The notes beneath the pieces were generated by a model. That model was given only the letters and a program-made list of their open reading frames with translations, did no database searches and was not told the DNA's origin. From an uncultured Nitrospiraceae bacterium (lineage in GTDB: Bacteria; Nitrospirota; Thermodesulfovibrionia; Thermodesulfovibrionales; UBA6898), in contig CAWEQH010000010.1 of assembly GCA_963811165.1 (NCBI GenBank), positions 96,001-160,000 of the forward strand: DNA of 64,000 nt, read 5' to 3'. A program made the position numbers and the translations under genes. Shown here in pieces: positions 18,801 through 27,876 of the stretch (positions are counted from its first letter, which is position 1; each line of letters begins with the position of its first letter).

Positions 18801-19986
18801 GAACGAGTCCGTAGTCGGCGGCATGATCAGGCAGACCTCGGATGGATGGTTTGTCTGGGATTGCTACCGCAGATTTTTGCAGTCCTATGGCATGTCCTTC
18901 GGCCTCATGCGAGATGCATTCGACGCGATAATCGATGAATTCAAGAAGAAATACGGCGTCCCCTACAAAAGGGACTTAACGACCCTGCAGATGAGAGAGG
19001 TCTCGATGGCTTACAGGGAGTTTGTCCTGTCAAACGGCCTTGAGTTTGAGGAGTCCCCCCGGGAACAGTTATACGTAGGCATCCAGCGTGTGCTGAATTC
19101 CTGGAACTCCGCAAAGGCAAGGACTTACAGAAAAATAATAGGTATCTCCGACGACTGGGGCACGGCGGTCACCGTGCAGTCGATGGTTTTCGGCAATCTT
19201 TCCAAGCGGTCCGGCGCAGGTGTGCTGTTTACCCATAACCCTAAATTTTCATCTGAATTGTTGAGACCCTGGGGTGACTATACGATCGGCAATCAGGGAG
19301 AGGACGTTGTCTCCGGACTGGTTACCACACTTCCTGTTTCAGTCTATCAGGCGGAGATGGAAGACAGGCCCGCAGAGTCGGCCCTCGAAAACAAGTTCCC
19401 TGAAGTCTATCAGGCACTCAGAAAAGCCGCCAAGGTGCTTATCTATGAAAAGCAGTGGGGTCCGCAGGATATTGAATTTACTTTTGAGGGACCGCGCAAA
19501 AAAGACCTTTACCTTCTGCAGACAAGAGATATGGAGATGAGGGAGAGGAAGCGGATACCGTCGTTTGAGGACGCCCTTGAGATGTCGGAGAAATTTCTCG
19601 GACACGGCATTGGGGTGAGCGGCGGGGCATTGTCGGGCAGGGCGGTCTTCAGTCTTGATGATATCACGCACTGGAAAGAGGTTGATCCGGGCTCCGCCCT
19701 GATCCTGGTGCGCGGAGATACCGTGCCTGAGGATATAAAGGAGATTTCAGCGGCCGACGGGCTTTTTACTGCGCGCGGAGGGGCCACATCTCACGCGGCC
19801 ATCGTTGCCAACCGGCTTGACAAAGTCTGTGTGGTGGGGTGCAGAGACCTTGTCTGCATGGAAAAGGACAAGAAATTTATTTTACACGGCCGGGTCGTGC
19901 ATGCGGGCGAATTTATCAGCATTGACGGATTGGAAGGGTCCGTATATCTTGGAAAAATGAAAATAAGCGTGAGGGGGAGCAAATAA
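15838..19986 (+). CDS. Large PPDK-like protein: ~890-aa unknown N-terminus + nucleotide-binding domain + phospho-His domain, no PEP/pyruvate barrel
   Basis: LGNKG...LPVPPGFIITT, PLLVSVRSG...PGMMD, QGEDVVSG, DIEFT, LLQTR, RGGATSHAAIVA; ends after SIDG..GSVYLG. True start may be ATG 15812 with a one-base indel (MSSKALQVNL...). Confidence 0.85.
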   Translation: MADYRVDVTIDPKYCVIQEVMSKYFGLQKELDIFLKENCHPYKNWQFIVHETRTFSLGYFYDLRTEPRGPEAVKLYIEIALEAIEKAKETDVKTDAYNTVFLLLQKCIQESGEELKRFLPVIEYGFDRISQFPPDLFALIARSYYQLNRLAENFLKNTPEETDFRTVNSLLVNYFQYTFSYWLSEKDPGEWFAGEIPHNVPAEIAVLFGPLSHVQIKTRQTRLWGIAGRKDNGSRDTLKDLLELPGYGNFVSAYQDLPEKIFNAIPDEKLKHHYKMIFLFHMMNMAGLSNIHEETLKEINRTIAWLIYHEDIQNVKLLIQKTFGILKEISDKYPETVLKSVLNMGMGVYKTDESDLVHFFNEQVVRLGFQTPDFRGISDDWQIQSNLAHIQNIRVWMELIKLNPKWSKKLLSSLIIHLSLSGVLIKDTDLFPRDITSFLNSDIRPVYNLSKQLMRLFPAYFNEIGAEGLLRDISTEIDEISKRKDVLIHFLRKLSHVESSNKIVPLIEATLDFWKTKSKERLRPYLPQNLYDQIETEGPYIDGVNTVINRIFQAGGLAGISDLLSLGADYMAEFSGEFIEEYRPDIERVRLAVNFYKLLNQKYCIGSCEVIDYIAQVRSSVPFIFDGLRDTLSLKDTFRKASGLLDYLQKLKKIILSPVKFDIHEDIYRKRHIAADIPSMYGSYREEKFDALGLTFRLEFLVNTLFEELIEDFDFGFITHGTFERIYEYLKLFNRALNIDGIPTREFQQQLELLNRALKIRMVTFTQYMDIFRGFTQVVRNLVGNYFNNIHQENLREIAIALPAEKLLPKYLHESDSREELFQKVAEIFLRDTIASSLGIQRLDLFLTRISNTLHEQAGRLPLDKHYLLLTYNPRNIITSISAPDESLLDLVQLGNKGLNIVKMKKLGLPVPPGFIITTEVFRCRDLIDAYPPAKEDFKAQIDREIANLEKLTGKTFGAPENPLLVSVRSGGPVSQPGMMDSYLNVGMNESVVGGMIRQTSDGWFVWDCYRRFLQSYGMSFGLMRDAFDAIIDEFKKKYGVPYKRDLTTLQMREVSMAYREFVLSNGLEFEESPREQLYVGIQRVLNSWNSAKARTYRKIIGISDDWGTAVTVQSMVFGNLSKRSGAGVLFTHNPKFSSELLRPWGDYTIGNQGEDVVSGLVTTLPVSVYQAEMEDRPAESALENKFPEVYQALRKAAKVLIYEKQWGPQDIEFTFEGPRKKDLYLLQTRDMEMRERKRIPSFEDALEMSEKFLGHGIGVSGGALSGRAVFSLDDITHWKEVDPGSALILVRGDTVPEDIKEISAADGLFTARGGATSHAAIVANRLDKVCVVGCRDLVCMEKDKKFILHGRVVHAGEFISIDGLEGSVYLGKMKISVRGSK

Positions 19987-19987
19987 A

Positions 19988-21232
19988 ATGGGAAAAGGTA
20001 CCGATATGAAGCTAGGGATAAACGGTTTTGGACGTATTGGAAAATTGACCTTATGGAACCATGTAGCAAAAAAATATTTCAGGGAGATAGTCGTCAATAC
20101 CGGACGTGAGGTTGGAAAGTCTCTGGCCGACCTCGTCCCTTATATTGTAAGGGACTCAACGTACGGGTCCCTGCCGAGGTACCTTTACGGCTGTCAGTCC
20201 GGGGATGTGATCCAGGATGTGAATGATTCCGCAGGAACAATGACCATAGACGGCATTAAGATAACCTTTCTCAGAAAGGCGCGCGACCCGAGGGAAATCG
20301 AATGGAAAAATCATAATGTGGAATTGGTGGTCGATACCACCGGCGAGTTCCTTGATCCCACGCTTTCAGCGGACGCACCGAAAGGGGCGATCAGGGGACA
20401 CCTCGAGGCGGGGGCCGGCAGGGTAATAGCGTCGGCGCCGTTTAAGATCAAGGACAAGACCAAGTCAATGCCAAATGACGCGGTTACCTGTGTGAAGGGC
20501 ATAAACGAGCACGATTATGACCCAGCCCGTCACAGAATAATTTCCGCGGCTTCCTGTACTACGACCTGTCTGGCCCATATGATGAAGCCCCTCCTGGACG
20601 TCATAGGAGCAAAGAGGATTCTTACCGTGTCGATGGCCACTGTGCATGCGGTAACAGGTTCGCAGCAGGTCTTAGACAGGATGGCCAAGACGGGCGCAAC
20701 CGACCTCAGAAAAAACAGGAGTATTCTGAATAATATCATACTTACGACAACGGGAGCCGCCAATACCCTTGCACTCGTCCTGCCGCAGATGAGGCAAATC
20801 GGCCTCATTGCCGAATCTGTGCGGGTCCCGGTCACCACAGGTTCCCTGATTATTCTGGTAGTGAACATACAGGAGGACGAATCAAGGGCATCGATCAACA
20901 GGCAGGTAATCAATGATATATACAGACAGGCCGCGGCCATGCCGCAGGGTTATCTTGTGTACACGGATGATCAGAACGTTTCGGGAGATATCATCGCCTT
21001 GCCGAAAGCCGCCGCCATTATTGAGGGCCACGAGACGCACACCCGCACTGCAGAAGCGACCGTAGATATCGAGAGACTTACCGGCATAAAAAAGGAATTA
21101 CTGAAAGAATTAAAGAATACAGAGATCGGAATCCCCCTGACCCAGGCCGTCATCTACGGATGGTACGACAACGAAATGGGCAACTACGTTCATATGCTCG
21201 GAGAACTTACAAGGTATGCAGCCGAATCATAG
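19988..21232 (+). CDS. Divergent glyceraldehyde-3-phosphate dehydrogenase family protein
   Basis: GINGFGRIG, SAASCTTTCLA, TVHAVTGSQ, TTTGAA, RVPVTTGS, WYDNE; begins 1 nt after the upstream stop. Confidence 0.88.
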   Translation: MGKGTDMKLGINGFGRIGKLTLWNHVAKKYFREIVVNTGREVGKSLADLVPYIVRDSTYGSLPRYLYGCQSGDVIQDVNDSAGTMTIDGIKITFLRKARDPREIEWKNHNVELVVDTTGEFLDPTLSADAPKGAIRGHLEAGAGRVIASAPFKIKDKTKSMPNDAVTCVKGINEHDYDPARHRIISAASCTTTCLAHMMKPLLDVIGAKRILTVSMATVHAVTGSQQVLDRMAKTGATDLRKNRSILNNIILTTTGAANTLALVLPQMRQIGLIAESVRVPVTTGSLIILVVNIQEDESRASINRQVINDIYRQAAAMPQGYLVYTDDQNVSGDIIALPKAAAIIEGHETHTRTAEATVDIERLTGIKKELLKELKNTEIGIPLTQAVIYGWYDNEMGNYVHMLGELTRYAAES

Positions 21233-21419
21233 GACTGTATGCATATTCCTGGGCCTTTGCAGGAGCAAAAACTGAAAAATTTTGCTCCCCGAGCGCGACG
21301 CTCAGCGAAACTTTATGAAGTATAATTTCCAGTTTCTTATGGTTCCGGTTCAAGTTAACAACCCAAAAACGAGCCATCGACTATTACGCGTAGAAGCTAA
21401 ATGATGCAATCACAGTACC

Positions 21420-21448
21420 TTGCCAACACAACATAAATATTGTATTAT
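21420..21448 (+). promoter_or_regulatory. Sigma-70 promoter of hicAB with overlapping operator palindrome
   Basis: TTGCCA-N17-TATTAT; ACAACAT-AA-ATATTGT imperfect inverted repeat at 21428-21443. Confidence 0.65.
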
Positions 21449-21453
21449 TAATT

Positions 21454-21633
21454 GTGTCCGGTAGGCAACTGATAAAGCTGTTACAGGAAAAGGGCTGGCA
21501 TCTGGACAGAATAGAGGGAAGCCATCACATCATTATCAAGGGGAATAAAACGCTTTCGATCCCAGTGCACGGCAGTAAAGACTTAGGTAAAGGCCTGCTT
21601 CATGCCTTAATGAGGCAAGGAGGTTTGAAATGA
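21454..21633 (+). CDS. hicA: HicA family toxin (59 aa, absent from the ORF track)
   Basis: GTG start; MSGRQLIKLLQEKGWHLDRIEGSHHIIIKGNKTLSIPVHGSKDLGKGLLHALMRQGGLK with GSH and PxH motifs; ATGA overlap with hicB. Confidence 0.92.
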   Translation: MSGRQLIKLLQEKGWHLDRIEGSHHIIIKGNKTLSIPVHGSKDLGKGLLHALMRQGGLK

Positions 21634-22061
21634 TACTCACATATCCAGCGAGAATAAGGCATATTTCAGAGGACAAGTCTTACCTTGTTGAATTCCCTGA
21701 CCTTCCAGGATGTCTTACAGAAGGGGCTACACTTGAAGAGGCGAAGCAAAATGCAAAAGAAGCGTTAACCGGCTATCTATCCTCGGTCTTTGAAAGGAAC
21801 TTCAAAATTCCCGGTCCTTCAGCTTTAAAGGGAAAGAATATCCACAACATCGAACCGGAACCTGAAGTGGCAGTTCCCATACTTCTCAGAAAATTCAGAG
21901 AAACCAGTAAACTTACTCAGGGAGATATTGCAAAAGTGCTTGGCATTTCTTACCAGGCCTACCAACGCTTAGAAAAGCCTGGTAAGAGCAATCCTACCCT
22001 AAAAACTCTTGAACGTCTTGCAAAAGTGTTCAATAAAGATCTCCGGTTGGAATTTGCATAA
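21630..22061 (+). CDS. hicB: HicB family antitoxin with C-terminal XRE HTH
   Basis: YLVEFPDLPGCLTEGATLEEAKQNAKEAL; LTQGDIAKVLGISYQAYQRLE...NPTLKTLERLA. Confidence 0.92.
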   Translation: MILTYPARIRHISEDKSYLVEFPDLPGCLTEGATLEEAKQNAKEALTGYLSSVFERNFKIPGPSALKGKNIHNIEPEPEVAVPILLRKFRETSKLTQGDIAKVLGISYQAYQRLEKPGKSNPTLKTLERLAKVFNKDLRLEFA

Positions 22062-22184
22062 TATTTTCTGTGGATTGGGATTCACTATTCCCGATTCTGT
22101 CGGAAGCTATAGCTGAGATTTTTGTTCTGTGTGAAAAAACTCTAAGGGTGGCTCCTCCCCGGAAACTCTGCGGTCAACTTCTAA

Positions 22185-22326
22185 CAGGTTGTTGAAAAAG
22201 TCCTATTTTCTCAGGAAAGTCTGTCATACCCGCGAAGGCGGGTATCCAGAAGCCCCGGAAAACGCTGGATTCCCGTTTTCACGGGAATGACGCCTATGGG
22301 CCCAAATGGAGTTTTTCAACAGCCTG
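22185..22326. mobile_element. MITE-like element (142 bp), IS5-like ends, internal bipartite palindrome
   Basis: TIRs CAGGTTGTTGAAAAA / TTTTTCAACAGCCTG flanked by CTAA and TTAA; internal GTCATACCCGCGAAGGCGGGTATCCAG...CTGGATTCCCGTTTTCACGGGAATGAC at 22223-22291. Confidence 0.7.
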
Positions 22327-22374
22327 TTAAGCCATTCGATGTCTGATCATTGGGGGAACTCTTGCTAACTTTCA

Positions 22375-22404
22375 TTGACAAAAAGGTGTTATTTTTGATA
22401 TAAA
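22375..22404 (+). promoter_or_regulatory. Sigma-70 promoter for tRNA-Asn
   Basis: TTGACA-N18-TATAAA with a TG extension. Confidence 0.6.
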
Positions 22405-22447
22405 ATTAGATTCACTGAATTTGTTTGTTCTTGATTTAAGTCGATAT

Positions 22448-22523
22448 TCCCGGGTAGCTCAGCTGGCAGAGCAGGTGGCTGTTAACCACCCTGTCGGGGG
22501 TTCGAATCCCTCCCCGGGAGCCA
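22448..22523 (+). tRNA. tRNA-Asn(GTT)
   Basis: TCCCGGGTAGCTCAGCTGGCAGAGCAGGTGGCTGTTAACCACCCTGTCGGGGGTTCGAATCCCTCCCCGGGAGCCA, 76 nt. Confidence 0.97.
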
Positions 22524-22685
22524 TTCTTCTTCGAATGGCTTTCACTTTTTAAATTCTGTGAAGTGAATCATCGACTGCTTCTTATGTCGGCTCAACTCCT
22601 GAAGTATAGTAATTTTTCCCAATAACCTTTTCCCAAATTTACAATAGAATGACCCGATATGCTAATATTTGGGTAACAAACGAAG

Positions 22686-24032
22686 ATGAAGAAAAGGCAC
22701 TTAATGAATTTTCTCACCAGTTCGGGCAGCCTGAAAAAAATCTCGCTTATTTTTTTTCTTTGTGTAGGCACAGTCGCTTTCCTTTCGCCCGCTTTTTCGG
22801 GCGTGCCGCAGAGAAAAGTCCTTGCGATTAAGGTGAGCGGCGCGATAAGTCCCGTCTCTTCGGAGTTCATTGGGAAGGGCATACGCCAGGCCTCTGCAAT
22901 GAATGCGGAAGCCCTTGTTATCGAACTCGATACCCCCGGCGGACTCGATACCTCTATGAGGAGTATCGTGAAAGACATAATAAGCAGTACCGTACCGGTC
23001 ATTGTGTATGTCTACCCAAGCGGTGCCAGAGACGCGTCAGCCGGCGTGTTCATCACATATGCAGCCAACATTGCCGCCATGGCCCCGGGGACGAACATCG
23101 GCGCGGCCCATCCGGTATCGGTGGGCGAAAAAATGGACAAGACGATGGCGGAAAAGGTGACCAACGACGCGGCTGCCTATATCCGGTCTCTGGCGGAGCG
23201 GTCGGGGAGAAATGCGCAATGGGCTGAAGATGCGGTGCGCAAGAGCGTCTCCATCACCGAAACAGAGGCCTTAAAGGAACACGTCATAGACATTGTCAGC
23301 AAAGACCTGAACACTCTGCTTAGAGACGCAGACGGCAGGAAGGTGACGACGGTCATGGGAGAAAGGACGCTTCACACTTCGAATGTCACGGTCGTGACGG
23401 AAGAGATGGGCATGAGGTACAGGATATTGAACTTTATCTCCGACCCAAGCGTTGCCTATATGCTTATGCTGCTGGGATTTTACGGCCTTTTTTTTGAGCT
23501 CACAAACCCCGGAGCGGTCTTCCCCGGGGTCGCCGGTGCGATCTGTCTCATTCTCGCCTTTTATTCCTTCCAGACACTGCCCGTCAATTACGCCGGGCTT
23601 TTGCTTATCATTCTGGGGCTGGTCTTGTTTGTCCTCGAAGTCAAGGTCCTTTCGCATGGGGTCCTGACTGTCGGCGGGATTGTGTCGATGGTCATAGGTT
23701 CCTTGATGCTTTTTGAATCCTCCGAACCTGTCTTTAAACTGTCGCTCTATCTCATTCTCCCCGTAGTAATTTTTACGGCCTTGTTTTTTACGGCTACGTT
23801 CAGGCTTGCCTATAAGGCATACAGACGAAGGCCCGTAACCGGCAGCGAAGGCCTTGTCGGGCTGGATGGGAGGGCCTCTACGGACATAACCGGGGAGGGC
23901 GGTATCGTCAGGGTGCGGGGAGAGATCTGGTCTGCCTGTTCCGACGAGACAATTAAAAAAGGGGAAGCGGTTTCAGTCGTTTCCTTATCGGGTTTAACAA
24001 TCAAGGTAAAAAAGAAGGAGGTCAAGTTATGA
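22686..24032 (+). CDS. nfeD: NfeD family membrane serine protease (long form)
   Basis: [26 protein letters not shown] region, C-terminal OB fold GEIWSA. Confidence 0.92.
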   Translation: MKKRHLMNFLTSSGSLKKISLIFFLCVGTVAFLSPAFSGVPQRKVLAIKVSGAISPVSSEFIGKGIRQASAMNAEALVIELDTPGGLDTSMRSIVKDIISSTVPVIVYVYPSGARDASAGVFITYAANIAAMAPGTNIGAAHPVSVGEKMDKTMAEKVTNDAAAYIRSLAERSGRNAQWAEDAVRKSVSITETEALKEHVIDIVSKDLNTLLRDADGRKVTTVMGERTLHTSNVTVVTEEMGMRYRILNFISDPSVAYMLMLLGFYGLFFELTNPGAVFPGVAGAICLILAFYSFQTLPVNYAGLLLIILGLVLFVLEVKVLSHGVLTVGGIVSMVIGSLMLFESSEPVFKLSLYLILPVVIFTALFFTATFRLAYKAYRRRPVTGSEGLVGLDGRASTDITGEGGIVRVRGEIWSACSDETIKKGEAVSVVSLSGLTIKVKKKEVKL

Positions 24033-24823
24033 TTTTTTCGCCGCAGTTTACCGGTCTTATTTTCGTCATTGTGGTAATTGTGTATTTCCTCTCAAGCGCG
24101 ATCAAGATCCTCAAAGAATACGAAAGGGGTGTCGTATTCAGGCTCGGCAGGATCATTCCGCTAAGGGGACCCGGACTTGTTATTATATGGCCGGTAATCG
24201 ACAAGCTTGTGAGGGTCAGTCTGCGTACCGTAACGATGGACGTGCCTCCCCAGGACATTATCACAAAAGACAACATTACGGTGAAGGTGAATGCGGTCAT
24301 CTATTTCAGGCCGATGGACCCGATCAAGGCCATCACTGAGGTTGAAGATTTCTACTATGCCACATCGCAGATTTCCCAAACTAGTCTCAGAAGCATCCTC
24401 GGGCAAAGTTCGCTCGATGACCTCCTTGCCAACAGGGAACAGCTAAATGCCGAACTTCAGAAGGTGATCGATTTTCAGACAGAGCCGTGGGGCATCAAGG
24501 TCACCGCAGTGGAGGTAAAGAACGTCGATCTGCCGCAGGAGATGCTGAGGGCGATAGCGAGACAGGCCGAAGCCGAAAGGGAAAGAAGGGCGAAGGTAAT
24601 CCACGCAGAGGGAGAATTTCAGGCTTCACAGAAACTTGCGGATGCGGCAAAGATTATCGCAACCGAAAGTGGAGCTTTGCAGTTAAGGTTTCTCCAGACC
24701 CTGACTGAGATCGCAACGGAAAAAAATTCGACGATCATATTCCCTGTGCCGATAGACTTGATCAGACCCTTCCTGGAAAAGGGGTCCGGCGGATGGGGAC
24801 AGAAGGCCGAGACGAAAGAGTGA
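24029..24823 (+). CDS. Stomatin-like SPFH/band 7 protein
   Basis: [46 protein letters not shown]; classic NfeD partner. Confidence 0.93.
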   Translation: MIFSPQFTGLIFVIVVIVYFLSSAIKILKEYERGVVFRLGRIIPLRGPGLVIIWPVIDKLVRVSLRTVTMDVPPQDIITKDNITVKVNAVIYFRPMDPIKAITEVEDFYYATSQISQTSLRSILGQSSLDDLLANREQLNAELQKVIDFQTEPWGIKVTAVEVKNVDLPQEMLRAIARQAEAERERRAKVIHAEGEFQASQKLADAAKIIATESGALQLRFLQTLTEIATEKNSTIIFPVPIDLIRPFLEKGSGGWGQKAETKE

Positions 24824-25006
24824 AGACCGGCCTTTCCTGCAATCTCCGGCGTCGCAGGCCCTGTCTGGCCCCGGTGCGCGCAGAAGAGGTGGACCATAGA
24901 AAACGGTAACGGCAATAGGAATAATGTAAAGGCCAGAATAATCTTACTCTTATTTTTCCTTCTGCTCATTTTCGTCCTTTATAAGGCAGGGGCGTTCCGT
25001 TTCTTC

Positions 25007-25594
25007 ATGGACAAGGAAAAAATCCTGGCCTTTATCGACTCGCTCGGTCCCCTCGGCTGGATTGGTTTTGTTTCCCTTCAGGTACTTCAGGTGGTGGCCG
25101 CACCGATCCCCGGGGAAGTTACAGGGCTCATTGGCGGATATCTTTACGGACCGGTACTGGGGACCGTGTTGTCCACAATCGGCCTTACGATAGGCTCACT
25201 GATCGCTTTTCTTCTTTCGAGGACATTCGGAAGGCCTTTTGTCGACAGGTTTGTAAGGAAAGAGACGATGGACAAATACGATTTCCTCCTTCATCACAAA
25301 GGCGCCTTTCTCGTCTTTCTCCTGTTTCTGATTCCCGGTACGCCGAAGGATTTCCTCTGTTATATCCTGGGCCTTGGACATCTTACTACGAAGGAATTCC
25401 TGATAATGAGCACCGTCGGAAGGCTGGGAGGGACGGTACTTCTCACCCTGGGCGGCAATTATATTCATCAGCACCAGTACCGTCAGTTTTTTATTCTCCT
25501 TGGGGTGGCGGTAATCATCGTCTTTTTCTCCATGGTCTACAAAGATAGACTCGAAAAGCTGTTCCACAAGTGGCATAAGCAATCGCCAAGGTGA
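25007..25594 (+). CDS. TVP38/TMEM64 family membrane protein (true start probably ~24890-24900)
   Basis: LQVVAAPIPGEVTGLIGGYLYG, FLLFLIPGTPKDFLCYILG; the frame extends upstream through another hydrophobic segment. Confidence 0.85.
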   Translation: MDKEKILAFIDSLGPLGWIGFVSLQVLQVVAAPIPGEVTGLIGGYLYGPVLGTVLSTIGLTIGSLIAFLLSRTFGRPFVDRFVRKETMDKYDFLLHHKGAFLVFLLFLIPGTPKDFLCYILGLGHLTTKEFLIMSTVGRLGGTVLLTLGGNYIHQHQYRQFFILLGVAVIIVFFSMVYKDRLEKLFHKWHKQSPR

Positions 25595-25681
25595 GGGGAG
25601 GGAGAAGAAATAGGAAACTGATTTCGAAGGCCGGGAATTAGTACAGGCGATCCGGGCTGACCTGAGATGCCGACCCGGCGA

Positions 25682-26662
25682 CTACCATTTGATCAATGAT
25701 GATGCCCAGGTAAGCCCGCCCCCGAAGGCCTCCAGAAGAATATAATCCCCGTCCTGCACCCTCCCGGTTTGTACCGCCTCATCAAGGGCGATAGGGACCG
25801 AGGCTGCAGAGGTATTCCCGACCTTATCGATGTTCACGAACACCTTTTCCATAGGCATATTGAGGCGCTTTGCGGTGGCCTGAATGATCCTGATATTGGC
25901 CTGATGGGGAATAAGAAGCGAAAGCTGGGATGGCTCCAGTTTGTTGTCTTCGAGGGTCTTGACCACAAGTTCTTCAAGTGTCCTTACGGCGACTTTGAAT
26001 GTCTCGTTCCCTTTCATCTTTATAAAGTTGAGCCTTTTGAGGATGCTGTCTTTGGAACAGGGGTTTCTGGAGCCGCCGCCGGGGAGGCATATCAGGTCCG
26101 AGAGGCCCCCGTCGGAATTGATACGGGTCGATAATATCCCTCTTTTTTCTTTGGTCGCTTCGATGACCGCGGCCCCTGCGCCGTCGCCGAAGAGGATGCA
26201 GGTCGTACGGTCCTGCCAGTCCGTGACCTTAGACAAGACTTCCGCGCCTACAAGGAGAATGCGCTGATTGGTCCCGGACCGGATAAGGCTGTTGGCGATG
26301 TGGAGGCCGTAGAGGAACCCTGAACATGCGGCGTTGACGTCAAAGGCCGCTGCGTTTTTTGCCCCAAGCCTGTCCTGCAAAATACAGGCAGTAGAGGGAA
26401 AAGGCATATCCGGTGTTATCGTGGCCACGATGATAAGGTCGATGTCCTTTGATTTGAGATGGGCCCTCTTAAGGGCGATCGAAGCGGCCTCAAAAGCAAG
26501 GTCTGAAGTCGCCTGATTGCCGTCGACGATCCTACGCTCCTTTATCCCCGTCCTTTCGGTTATCCAGTCGTCTGAGGTCTCGACTATCTTTTCGAGGTCC
26601 TGGTTGGTAATTACGTTTTCCGGAACGTACGAGCCGGTGGCGATGATCCTTCCCCTGAGCAC
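25682..26662 (-). CDS. fabH: 3-oxoacyl-ACP synthase III
   Basis: AACSGF, LFGDGAGA, PHQANIRI, GNTSAAS, FGGGLTW. Confidence 0.97.
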   Translation of the reverse strand: MLRGRIIATGSYVPENVITNQDLEKIVETSDDWITERTGIKERRIVDGNQATSDLAFEAASIALKRAHLKSKDIDLIIVATITPDMPFPSTACILQDRLGAKNAAAFDVNAACSGFLYGLHIANSLIRSGTNQRILLVGAEVLSKVTDWQDRTTCILFGDGAGAAVIEATKEKRGILSTRINSDGGLSDLICLPGGGSRNPCSKDSILKRLNFIKMKGNETFKVAVRTLEELVVKTLEDNKLEPSQLSLLIPHQANIRIIQATAKRLNMPMEKVFVNIDKVGNTSAASVPIALDEAVQTGRVQDGDYILLEAFGGGLTWASSLIKW

Positions 26663-26667
26663 TGTGT

Positions 26668-27678
26668 TTATGCGCCCCTGCCTACGAGTTCGTCTTCTAT
26701 GGCCGTAGAAATAGCCTCAAAGACCCTCTTGCTGGCATAATCGGATGCGACCTTAAGGGCGTTCTTGATCGCCTTGGCACTGGATCTTCCGTGGCTGATG
26801 ATGCACGCTCCGTTGATGCCCAGCAGCGGGGCGCCGCCGTATTCGTCGTAGTCGGTCTTCCTTTTAAAATTCCTTATCGCAGGCTTCATCATCAGATACC
26901 CGATCCTCCCTGTGGAGACTGCCGTAATCTCCCTTTTCAACATCTTCAGTATGGTCTCCGCAAGCCCTTCACTTATTTTCAGTGCGATATTGCCGATGAA
27001 GCCGTCACATACGATTACATCGGCCTTTCCGGTGAACATATCTTTCCCCTCGATATTGCCGATGAAGTTCAGACGCGTGTGTTTTAGGAGTTTAAAGGCC
27101 TCCTTAGTGAGTTCGTTGCCCTTGGTGTCTTCCTCGCCGATACTCAACAGGGCCACCTTGGGAATTGACTTTCCCAGCAGGAGCTTGCAATAAGTATTGC
27201 CCATCAAGGCAAACTGGAGCAGGTGCTCGGGCTTGCAGTCGACATTTGCGCCCGCGTCAAGGAGAATAAAGGTGTCTTTCAAGGTGGGCATGACCGTCGC
27301 TATCGCAGGCCTGACCACCCCCTTCGAGGTGCCGAGCAATAAAAGGGAAGTGGCCATCACGACCCCCGAATGTCCGGCGCTCACAAAGGCATCGGCCCCT
27401 CCGGCCTTCACGAGGTCTATGCCGATCCTGATCGAAGAATCTTTTTTTTTCCTGATTGCAGTGGTGGGCGGGTCCTGCATCTCGATCACCTCTGAGGCGT
27501 GCGCAATCGAGATGCGTCGTGCGTCATACCGTTTGTTCCGGAGCTCCTGCCTTATGAGGGGTTCCTTGCCGACAAGGACAATATCGATGTCGTCGCGCTC
27601 ATTAACGGTTTCGACCGCCCCTTCCACATTCACGGACGGGGCGTGGTCTCCACCCATGGCGTCAAGAACGACTCTCAT
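26668..27678 (-). CDS. plsX: Phosphate acyltransferase PlsX
   Basis: LDAMGGDHAP, LDAGANVD, VCDGFIGN, YGGAPLLG, SHGRS. Confidence 0.97.
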   Translation of the reverse strand: MRVVLDAMGGDHAPSVNVEGAVETVNERDDIDIVLVGKEPLIRQELRNKRYDARRISIAHASEVIEMQDPPTTAIRKKKDSSIRIGIDLVKAGGADAFVSAGHSGVVMATSLLLLGTSKGVVRPAIATVMPTLKDTFILLDAGANVDCKPEHLLQFALMGNTYCKLLLGKSIPKVALLSIGEEDTKGNELTKEAFKLLKHTRLNFIGNIEGKDMFTGKADVIVCDGFIGNIALKISEGLAETILKMLKREITAVSTGRIGYLMMKPAIRNFKRKTDYDEYGGAPLLGINGACIISHGRSSAKAIKNALKVASDYASKRVFEAISTAIEDELVGRGA

Positions 27679-27681
27679 CGC

Positions 27682-27864
27682 CTATTTTTCGATTATCTCT
27701 AAAACCTTGTGGCCGTTGTAAGTGCCGCAGCTGCCGCATACCCGGTGGGGCTGCTTTAATTCTTTGCATTCAGGACACTGGTTGAGATTGGGCGTCTGTC
27801 CCTTCCAGTTCGCCCGTCTCTTGTCTCTCCTTGCCCGCGAATGTCTGTGAGTTGGATTAGCCAA
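27682..27864 (-). CDS. rpmF: 50S ribosomal protein L32
   Basis: MANPTHRHSRARRDKRRA...CPEC...PHRVCGSCGTY. Confidence 0.96.
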   Translation of the reverse strand: MANPTHRHSRARRDKRRANWKGQTPNLNQCPECKELKQPHRVCGSCGTYNGHKVLEIIEK

Positions 27865-27876
27865 TTTCCGCTCCTT

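Noticed and set aside
15838..19986. Canonical pyruvate phosphate dikinase ppdK
   Set aside because: The C-terminal PEP/pyruvate-binding domain is absent and not encoded next door
21240..22523. Integrative element at tRNA-Asn containing hicAB
   Set aside because: hicAB lies on the 5' side of the tRNA; no integrase or duplicated tRNA end was seen
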